Assembly (NCBI GenBank): GCA_046497275.1
Contig: JAWOFX010000121.1
Location: 1-7,002, forward strand
Origin: Promethearchaeia archaeon
GTDB lineage: Archaea > Asgardarchaeota > Lokiarchaeia > Sigyniarchaeales > SOKP01
DNA: 7,002 nucleotides
Direction of reading: 5' to 3'
Below, piece after piece: positions 1 to 6,102 of the stretch (the stretch's first letter is position 1; the number at the start of each line of letters is the position of its first letter). The notes below the pieces were generated by a model. The model worked only from the letters and a program-made list of their open reading frames with translations, was not told the origin of the DNA and searched no databases. The translations under genes and the position numbers were made by a program.

Positions 1-1742
1 CTCTCTCCTCTGATAACATAATCATTATTGGAACAGGTCCCTTAGTCGGAACTATTATGCCTGGTGCTTCCCGAACGGTTGTCTTATCTAAATTCCCTGC
101 TACGGGAGCAATAGCTAATTCCTGTGGAAGTATGAGTTTTGGATTTTATATGAAACAAGCAGGATATGACCATATTATCATCAGAAACCGAGCCAACTCC
201 CCGAGTTATTTGTATATTAAGGATGATAAAATTCAAATAAAAAATGCAGGAGAATTATGGGGTAAAGATATTGTTGAAACCACAAACATACTTAAAAAGC
301 AATATGGGGAATCTGGAGTTATAGCAATTGGACAAGCAGGAGAAAACTTAGTCGTTTCTGCTCTCACTTTAATAGATAAAACATCAACACTTGGAAGAGG
401 GGGTTTAGGAGCAATAATGGGGTCAAAAAATCTTAAAGCAATATTAGTTCAAGGGACTAAAGGAATAGAGGTGGCAAGACCGAAAACTTTTATGAATCTT
501 TATCACCAATTATATAATCGAATTGAGAATTATCCCCATCGAGAATCTTGGCATCAATTAGGAATGCTGCGAAGTTTACCTATAAATATGATTTTAGCAG
601 CTAAAGGGCAAAAGAAGAAAGCAAGACAATGTAATGAACGTACATATCTTAATAAAATAAAATATCGACGACTTGCATGTCCATCCTGTCCAATGGGAGA
701 CAAAGATTTATTAGAATTACAAGAAGGTAAGTTTTCTGGATTAACTAATTATACTTCTTCAGTTATCAATCCATTTTTAATGCTAACTTTAGATGGATTA
801 GAAACATATGGGCAGGCTATAAAGGCATTTGATATGACAAATCGATATGGTCTTGATTCTCTGACAATAACTTCACTTTTAGATTTTTTAGCACGAATGA
901 ATGAAGATGGAATCTTAATCGAAGATGAGACTGGAGTTGATTGGAAACGAGATTATAATTCCTTAATCAGATTGATTGAAATAATTGCTTATCGAGAGGG
1001 TTTTGGTGATATTTTAGCCGAAGGGTGGATAAAATTATCGGAAAAATACCCAAATATAGATAAAAAAATGCTGGTCATAAAAGGATTGGATGTAATATTT
1101 GAGCCTCGATTTTTACGAATGGGAACTATGGAATTTGAACAAGTGGTTAATCCAAAAGGTGCTCATGTTGCATCAGGAGGTTCTCCCACTTATGTAGGGG
1201 CGGGGCATACTAAAGAGAAATTTATAAGGCACTTCGAAAGAATGGGTATCCCTAAAACCTCATTTCAAAGGCTTTTTAATCCCCCTAAACCAGAAATGGG
1301 AGTCGATATAGGGCGTCTAACACGATATTCAGAAGATTGGTACACTATCTTAACATGTTTAGGTTTATGTGCCCGTGCTCAGATGAATAGATTCTATAGT
1401 TTTGAAACAGTTGTCAGTTTCTATAATGCGGCAACCGGTTTAGATATCACCCCAGAAGAACTAAGAAAAGCTGCAGAAAGAACTTGGAATTTATTGAGAA
1501 TTATGAATGCTAAGGAAGGTTTTACTAGAGAAGATGATAATTTTCCAAAAGAATGGTTTAACCCGCTTAAATATGGTGATCATAAACTTGAATTTAAAAA
1601 TTTTCAAGGTGATGTGAAAATAACCCAAAAAATAGCCGAAACTTTATTAGAACATTACTATGCTGAGCGTGGGTGGGATCCTCAAACTGGTCACCCCTCT
1701 AAAGAAAAAATTAAAGAATTAAAATTAGAAAAATTTTTGTAA
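1..1742 (+). CDS. Aldehyde:ferredoxin oxidoreductase (AOR/WOR) family tungstopterin protein, divergent; 5'-partial
   Basis: The frame is open upstream of the ATG at 57 to the window edge (codons from position 3 read LSSDNIIIIGTGPLVGTI, matching the AOR N-terminal 'LSPEN.LI...GPLTGT' segment), so the true start lies outside the window. Family motifs: AGYD, LWGK, IGQAGENLV, GRGGLGAIMGSKNLKA (393-440), CPSCPMGD (678-701), YGLDS, REGFGDILAEG, GLC (1362-1370), ERTWNLLR, YY..RGWD. Stop TAA at 1740-1742. Confidence 0.93.
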   Translation, partial: LSSDNIIIIGTGPLVGTIMPGASRTVVLSKFPATGAIANSCGSMSFGFYMKQAGYDHIIIRNRANSPSYLYIKDDKIQIKNAGELWGKDIVETTNILKKQYGESGVIAIGQAGENLVVSALTLIDKTSTLGRGGLGAIMGSKNLKAILVQGTKGIEVARPKTFMNLYHQLYNRIENYPHRESWHQLGMLRSLPINMILAAKGQKKKARQCNERTYLNKIKYRRLACPSCPMGDKDLLELQEGKFSGLTNYTSSVINPFLMLTLDGLETYGQAIKAFDMTNRYGLDSLTITSLLDFLARMNEDGILIEDETGVDWKRDYNSLIRLIEIIAYREGFGDILAEGWIKLSEKYPNIDKKMLVIKGLDVIFEPRFLRMGTMEFEQVVNPKGAHVASGGSPTYVGAGHTKEKFIRHFERMGIPKTSFQRLFNPPKPEMGVDIGRLTRYSEDWYTILTCLGLCARAQMNRFYSFETVVSFYNAATGLDITPEELRKAAERTWNLLRIMNAKEGFTREDDNFPKEWFNPLKYGDHKLEFKNFQGDVKITQKIAETLLEHYYAERGWDPQTGHPSKEKIKELKLEKFL

Positions 1743-1752
1743 ATATATTACC

Positions 1753-1759
1753 TTTTTTT
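1753..1759 (+). terminator. Oligo(T) archaeal-type terminator candidate for the AOR-family gene
   Basis: T7 run 10 nt after the stop codon. Confidence 0.45.
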
Positions 1760-1982
1760 GTCTTGTTAATTTAATTGAGTGTATATTACTTCTTATTTCA
1801 ATACAGATTTTAATATATTCACGAAGAAGACCATAAATTGTATCTAATACTTATTTTTTCGAAATTCTTAAATAGTTGAAAATTGTAAAAATTTATTATT
1901 TAAGAAAAGAAAAATAATAATAATTAAAAAACTTCAATTTATTATTGTAATATAATTTAATTCCAAAAAAGGTAGGAAAGAT

Positions 1983-2249
1983 ATGGGAAAAGACGAACTT
2001 TTCGTGAAGAGGGTGTTTGAGATAATAAACGAATTAAAGATCCCCTTGATTGATGAACGAGTATATGATGATGTAAAGATTAGCTCTAAAAATGGAATTG
2101 TCCATGTAACTTTTGAATTCGAAGAGGATGAAAGCGTAATAAGGGGTTTTCTTGGATTAGCTGAATACTTCCATACGGTTATCATAAAAAGAGAGGATGA
2201 ATTTTACATTCCCCATGATAACATGCTTTTTATCCTCCGTAACGCATAG
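1983..2249 (+). CDS. Hypothetical protein, 88 aa
   Basis: ATG preceded by purine-rich AAGGTAGGAAAG (SD-like), host-like codon usage, globular alpha/beta-looking sequence, followed by a T-rich tract. No family recognised. Confidence 0.8.
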   Translation: MGKDELFVKRVFEIINELKIPLIDERVYDDVKISSKNGIVHVTFEFEEDESVIRGFLGLAEYFHTVIIKREDEFYIPHDNMLFILRNA

Positions 2250-2273
2250 ATCTCCACTCTAATCAGAGCTATA

Positions 2274-2292
2274 TTTTTTTCTTTTACTTTTT
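2274..2292 (+). terminator. Oligo(T) terminator candidate after the 88-aa gene
   Basis: TTTTTTTCTTTTACTTTTT about 25 nt after the TAG, in the gap between convergent genes. Confidence 0.5.
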
Positions 2293-2351
2293 ATCTCATT
2301 TTAAGTTAATTATAAATTCAATTAAATTATCCTATAAATTAAAATCCGCTA

Positions 2352-3698
2352 TTAAGATCTTAACTTTTCTAATCTTTCTTCAAATAATTTATCTGTTTCT
2401 TTCATATCCTTGATTACATTTTTCAAGACGGGTATCCAAAACAAGGGAATGAATATCCAGAAGAAAATAGAGGTTGTCATCCCAATGGTATAGTTAAATG
2501 CATCAGCCACGAAAGCACCGATTAATGGACCTAAGGCTCTCCCTATTATATCAAAAAAGTTAGTGGTGGCAAGTACAGTTGCTCTATTCTCTGGTAAATT
2601 GATATCGGCAACTGTGGCATACCAATTTCCGTTTACAGCACCATTCGCAAATAATCCTATAATAAATAAGATAATCCAAATAATTACACCGGGATTAGAA
2701 AGCACATTGATGACTGAGCTTGGATCGGAGACACTAAAAGGGATGATTAAAGCGATAAATAAAAAGGGAATGGGAAAAATATTGCCGAATAAAGCTAAAT
2801 AAACTCTAGCTTTTTTATTTCCTTTCTTAAATAGATTATCTCCGATAAACCCAAAGAAAATAGTCCCAATAAGAGTGCTCAATAGGATTAATCCTAAAAA
2901 AATTAAGGATATATCTGCGGGAATATTATGATATTGTTTCATATATTCAAATAGCAAGAATAAAATTATTCCAGTTGGGATCGTATCCACAAAATTTATG
3001 ATTAACCACACATTTGATTTCTTTTTGAAAATCCTTCGCAAGTCAGAAATTTTAATTCGATAAGAATATTCTATCATATCTTCTTTTACTAAATGAGAGT
3101 AATCCTTCCCAATTCTGGAAGGTTCTCTGAAAAATAATATAAGAATAGTTGTTATCACCCCAGCGATTCCCGCATTCAAGTAAGATATTCTCCAATCAAT
3201 AGGCCCAGCAAATGTTGCAAGGAGTAAACCGAGCGCCGTCCCTATTAAGGAAGCAATAGAAAAAAATGAAAATCCTTTTGATCTCTCTGTTTGGGATATG
3301 AGATCACCGATAAGTGAGAATATCGATGGTATAACCGCTCCAAAAGCAAGACCATTGATGGAAGTTAAAAGAAAAAACATCATATAACCTTGAACTCCAG
3401 GGGGTATAAAGATTGTAAGAATTGAAAATATTGAAAATAATACACTTCCAAAGAATAGAATCCATTTTCTTATGATCTTATCTGCTAGATATCCGAAAAC
3501 AATTATTGAAATACCTGAGATAATCGTATAAAAAAAAGTTAATACTCCTAAAGGGCTAGTATCGCCCCCAAAACCAAAATAATTAGAAATAAGTTCTAAA
3601 TTGGGAGAAATCATATATTGAGTTGAATAGACAAAAGAAATGATGATTATGAATAATAAAATCGATAATAAAGAAAAAGAACGGGTATTTTTTTCCAT
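2352..3698 (-). CDS. Major facilitator superfamily (MFS) transporter, 448 aa, about 12 TM helices
   Basis: Two bundles of six hydrophobic segments separated by a charged central loop. Motif-A-like FGYLADKIIRK after TM2 and GFIGDNLFKK after TM8; 'SERSKGFS', 'WR.SY' and 'PENRAT' are typical MFS_1 signatures. Confidence 0.93.
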   Translation of the reverse strand: MEKNTRSFSLLSILLFIIIISFVYSTQYMISPNLELISNYFGFGGDTSPLGVLTFFYTIISGISIIVFGYLADKIIRKWILFFGSVLFSIFSILTIFIPPGVQGYMMFFLLTSINGLAFGAVIPSIFSLIGDLISQTERSKGFSFFSIASLIGTALGLLLATFAGPIDWRISYLNAGIAGVITTILILFFREPSRIGKDYSHLVKEDMIEYSYRIKISDLRRIFKKKSNVWLIINFVDTIPTGIILFLLFEYMKQYHNIPADISLIFLGLILLSTLIGTIFFGFIGDNLFKKGNKKARVYLALFGNIFPIPFLFIALIIPFSVSDPSSVINVLSNPGVIIWIILFIIGLFANGAVNGNWYATVADINLPENRATVLATTNFFDIIGRALGPLIGAFVADAFNYTIGMTTSIFFWIFIPLFWIPVLKNVIKDMKETDKLFEERLEKLRS

Positions 3699-3718
3699 AA
3701 TACTGATTAGAAATAACT

Positions 3719-3735
3719 ATATTAAAAAATTTTAC
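3719..3735 (-). promoter_or_regulatory. BRE/TATA-like promoter for the MFS gene (probably leaderless)
   Basis: Minus strand reads GGTAAATTTTTTAATAT, with the TATA-like TTTAATAT 21-28 nt upstream of the ATG at 3698. Confidence 0.45.
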
Positions 3736-3756
3736 CTCTTAGTTTCATATAGGTAT

Positions 3757-3774
3757 TAAAAAAAATAAAAAAAA
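3757..3774 (-). terminator. Oligo(T) terminator for the HTH regulator
   Basis: T9-A-T8 on the minus strand immediately after the TAA at 3775-3777. Confidence 0.65.
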
Positions 3775-4257
3775 TTAAAAAAGAGATTCAGAACATAATT
3801 CCCCATTTTCTTCAAAGCAATCAAATAAAGAATCAAGTGAATCAATGTATTTTGACATGGATTCATACCATTTTTCAAGAAGGAAGGTCATCCGTTTTTT
3901 AATTTCTTTTAAATCGTACGCATTATATATGTATAAATAGCCTCTCTTCTTTGTTTGTTTCAAGTTTTTTAACCTTGAATACTTTTTTAAACTCATTGAT
4001 TCTCTATTAATTAGATTCATGTCATATAATGATTGTAATGCTCTTTGGAGGGAACTTCTATCCATTCCAAAAACTTTTGTTAATTCTGAAGTTCCTACAT
4101 TTTCATGGTTTAATAAATATGCGAACACATCAGTTTCTAAATCATTTAATCCAAGAATACAATGGAACAATTTATTGCTTTTAAAAACTTCTTTATCTTT
4201 TGCCTTCTCAATATCTATTCTTTCCATATCCTTTAATTGACTTGAGATACTTTCCAT
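3775..4257 (-). CDS. Winged-HTH transcriptional regulator, archaeal Lrs14/COG3355-like (TrmB-like HTH), 160 aa
   Basis: 'LFHCILGLNDLETDVFAYLL' resembles the N-terminal 'C..GL...D..V...LL' of this family; HTH 'TSELTKVFGMDRSSLQRALQSLYDMNLINR'; wing 'KRGYLYIYNA'; C-terminal 'KKRM..LLEKW' helix. Confidence 0.85.
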   Translation of the reverse strand: MESISSQLKDMERIDIEKAKDKEVFKSNKLFHCILGLNDLETDVFAYLLNHENVGTSELTKVFGMDRSSLQRALQSLYDMNLINRESMSLKKYSRLKNLKQTKKRGYLYIYNAYDLKEIKKRMTFLLEKWYESMSKYIDSLDSLFDCFEENGELCSESLF

Positions 4258-4289
4258 TCACATCATCATTTTGAGTAAATTTTTAATAA
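4258..4289 (-). promoter_or_regulatory. TATA-like box and SD-like element upstream of the HTH regulator
   Basis: Minus-strand TTATTAAA at 4282-4289 (25-32 nt before the ATG) and GATGTGA directly before the ATG. A T6 run at 4292-4297 follows the thioredoxin stop. Confidence 0.35.
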
Positions 4290-4299
4290 TGAAAAAAGT

Positions 4300-4716
4300 C
4301 TAATGATTATCGTATTTCGATTTCAATTTTTCAAGCACTTGTTTCATATTATCATAATTTGTAGTTCCGACGATTTTATGTATTAGATTATCATTCTTTA
4401 CGAAAGCAGTCGTAGGTATTCCTGTAATACCAAACCTTTGTGCTAAACTACTATTTTCATCAACATTCACTTTCGCGAAGAGAAAATCATGTGGATAATC
4501 ATTTTGAAGCTTCTCAAAGACCGGGGCAAAGATCTTACAAGGTGCGCACCATTCTGCCCAAAAATCTATGATAACGATTTTATCAGAATAATCATTTATT
4601 AACTTTTGATATTCTTGAGGTGAATGGATTTTTACAATGCCCTGTGGCAACGATTGAAGTTTCATATAACTTTCAAGCTTCTGTTTCCTTAATCTTTCTA
4701 ATTCCTCATCAGACAT
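4300..4716 (-). CDS. trxA: Thioredoxin (WCAPC) with N-terminal charged helical extension, 138 aa
   Basis: IIDFWAEWCAPCKIFAP (active site at 4537-4551), FAKVNVDEN, FGITGIPT (cis-Pro loop), KIVG. An SD-like GTGAT lies at 4720-4724 on the minus strand. Confidence 0.95.
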   Translation of the reverse strand: MSDEELERLRKQKLESYMKLQSLPQGIVKIHSPQEYQKLINDYSDKIVIIDFWAEWCAPCKIFAPVFEKLQNDYPHDFLFAKVNVDENSSLAQRFGITGIPTTAFVKNDNLIHKIVGTTNYDNMKQVLEKLKSKYDNH

Positions 4717-4941
4717 TTGATCACTATTTCCTAATTTAAAGTTTTCTTATTTTGTAAAAGTTATGATGAACAAATCCACAACTTTATTGAAAAATAATTA
4801 AAAATGCTTTTTAAACTCTTACATATAGACCACTAAATTTCTTGAAACTACTATGAAAAAAATGATATCTTATTGGTTTAAATACAACTATTTTCATAAT
4901 ATTAACAGAATTTGAGAAACCAAACTTAGTGAAACATAAGC

Positions 4942-5235
4942 ATGAATAAACCTTATTTTTGTACAAAATGTCATCGCAAGCATGTTAGGGGTCAGATTTA
5001 TGAAGATCATATGAAATTTAAAGAGAAAAAAAAAGAAATTCAAAAAATAGATAGTTTCATAATGAAAGGTAAAAAGGGGGAGAATTTGGAAGTTAGAACG
5101 AAGGAACTAAAACATTCCCTTAGAATTAATATTTATAAACATAAAGAGCTTGCATGTTCGACAAATTTAGAAATTCGGGAACATATGTTAACAAAAAATC
5201 ATATTCGAAATTACATTCATAACAATTGTGTTTAG
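4942..5235 (+). CDS. Small basic hypothetical protein with N-terminal zinc-finger-like motif, 97 aa
   Basis: ATG start, divergent from trxA; PYFCTKCHRKH...YEDH (C-x2-C-x3-H-x8-H); Lys-rich linker; T-rich tract after the stop. The C-terminal half is less certain. Confidence 0.65.
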   Translation: MNKPYFCTKCHRKHVRGQIYEDHMKFKEKKKEIQKIDSFIMKGKKGENLEVRTKELKHSLRINIYKHKELACSTNLEIREHMLTKNHIRNYIHNNCV

Positions 5236-5416
5236 ATAGTCTTTTTCTTCTTTAAATTGATTCATAGAATATTAGGTAAAAAACAGATAAAACCAAATAA
5301 CCTATGTTTGAATCATCTTACTAGATCATTAGTTTATTTTTATTTTTTAAGAATGAGTATGCTTATTTTAAACTAGATCTTATTTGCTATTAAACATTTA
5401 TATCGACATAATTTGT

Positions 5417-5432
5417 GGCGCTTTGGAGAGTT
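5417..5432 (+). repeat. Candidate left terminal inverted repeat (IRL), with an imperfect inverted copy at 5500-5514
   Basis: GGCGCTTTGGAGAGTT versus the reverse complement of 5500-5514, AGCACCTGGAGAATT. The partner IRR cannot be checked. Confidence 0.4.
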
Positions 5433-5526
5433 CTTAATGAGAATGCAGAGACAAGGATAAGCTCACCCTTCTATCCTTCATAATTGTACACCTTTGCGTA
5501 ATTCTCCAGGTGCTAAATGCGAAAAC

Positions 5527-5540
5527 CGCAAGTTTTATAT
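5527..5540 (+). promoter_or_regulatory. BRE/TATA-like promoter of the transposase (leaderless geometry)
   Basis: CGCAAG-TTTTATAT, with the TATA-like box at 5533-5540, 23-30 nt upstream of the ATG at 5563. Confidence 0.45.
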
Positions 5541-5562
5541 TCTTCAAATCCATTGTTTATAT

Positions 5563-6102
5563 ATGGAAGTACCGCACGAACATGGGGTAGAATTAGAAAT
5601 CCGAGAGCATTCGGATGCAGATTTCTTTCCAGAACGGTGTCCCATCTGTAAAAGACGAGATATCATACGCTTTACGTACAAATACCGTACAATTCAAGAT
5701 TTGGGAGCACCTCATCTCTGTCGCAGGATTCGGTATGAACGAGTGTTCTTTAAATGTAAGAACTGTGAGAAAATATTTACTATTGAGCATCCCGTTATTG
5801 GAAAGAATTCAAAATATATGCATGGGGTCATTGAGTATGCCGCTTCTCGTGTATTGGAACGTGGAGACTCGATCCGAAGGGTTACAAAGGATTTAAACGA
5901 ACTCCATCATGTGGACGTCTCGGTAAGCACTGTTGAAAATTGGATAAATATATATGGAAAGAAGGGAACTATTTCTGAAGAGTTTTCCGAAGAAGACCTT
6001 CCTGATAATTTTTCTGGGTTTATATCGGTGGATGGAACGTTTAAATCAGTGAAACTTAAAAAAAACGATCACAAAATGGACCCATACACGGCGGATTATT
6101 AA
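5563..6102 (+). CDS. ISL3-like transposase N-terminal part (OrfA): zinc ribbon, HTH and first catalytic Asp; 179 aa if unshifted
   Basis: CPICK...RTIQDL...RVFFKCKNCEKIFTIE matches the zf-ISL3 pattern; HTH 'SIRRVTKDL...VSVSTVENWI'; 'FISVDGT' carries the first DDE Asp (6031-6033). ATG 5563 is preferred over the TTG at 5494 because of the TATA spacing and the lack of recognisable motifs upstream. Confidence 0.85.
   Translation: MEVPHEHGVELEIREHSDADFFPERCPICKRRDIIRFTYKYRTIQDLGAPHLCRRIRYERVFFKCKNCEKIFTIEHPVIGKNSKYMHGVIEYAASRVLERGDSIRRVTKDLNELHHVDVSVSTVENWINIYGKKGTISEEFSEEDLPDNFSGFISVDGTFKSVKLKKNDHKMDPYTADY
6058..6066 (+). other. A8C slippery run (A_AAA_AAC heptamer at 6060-6066) joining OrfA to OrfB by a -1 shift
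   Basis: Frame 0 reads CTT AAA AAA AAC. The -1 frame has TAA at 6057-6059 and is then open to the window end. Confidence 0.65.

Noticed and set aside
57-59. ATG at 57 as the start of the AOR-family gene
   Set aside because: The frame is open and AOR-like upstream to the window edge; the real start is outside the window.
1890-1946. Direct repeat AATTTATTATT at 1890-1900 and 1936-1946
   Set aside because: Low-complexity AT sequence in a very AT-rich intergenic region; expected by chance.
1934-2185. 83-aa minus-strand ORF
   Set aside because: Antisense shadow of the 88-aa gene; Ser/Ile/Phe-rich composition typical of reverse frames, no motif.
2563-2802. 79-aa plus-strand ORF
   Set aside because: Lies entirely antisense within the well-supported MFS gene.
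4019-4240. 73-aa plus-strand ORF
   Set aside because: Antisense shadow of the HTH regulator.
4852-4898. Inverted repeat TATGAAAA / TTTTCATA in the trxA-zinc finger divergent intergenic region
   Set aside because: 8-bp AT-rich arms with a 31-nt spacer; too weak to call an operator without comparative data.
5026-5034. A9 run in the zinc-finger-like ORF as a possible frameshift site
   Set aside because: Both alternative frames hit stop codons within about ten codons, so no extended product is possible.
5320-5379. ACTAGATC repeated at 5320-5327 and 5372-5379
   Set aside because: Only two 8-bp copies with no regular array or spacer structure; not CRISPR-like and not supportable as an operator.
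5433-5500. Possible SECIS or tRNA-like element (AUGA at 5437-5440 within stems)
   Set aside because: No opposing GA for a kink-turn quartet, no in-frame UGA selenoprotein candidate upstream, and no cloverleaf, T-loop or CCA features.
5494-5562. TTG-initiated 23-aa N-terminal extension of the transposase
   Set aside because: It overlaps the inverted repeat and the TATA-like box; ATG 5563 fits leaderless promoter spacing better.
5593-5896. ORFs 5593-5790 (-) and 5615-5896 (+)
   Set aside because: Alternative frames overlapping the transposase OrfA, which carries the recognisable motifs; neither has independent signals.
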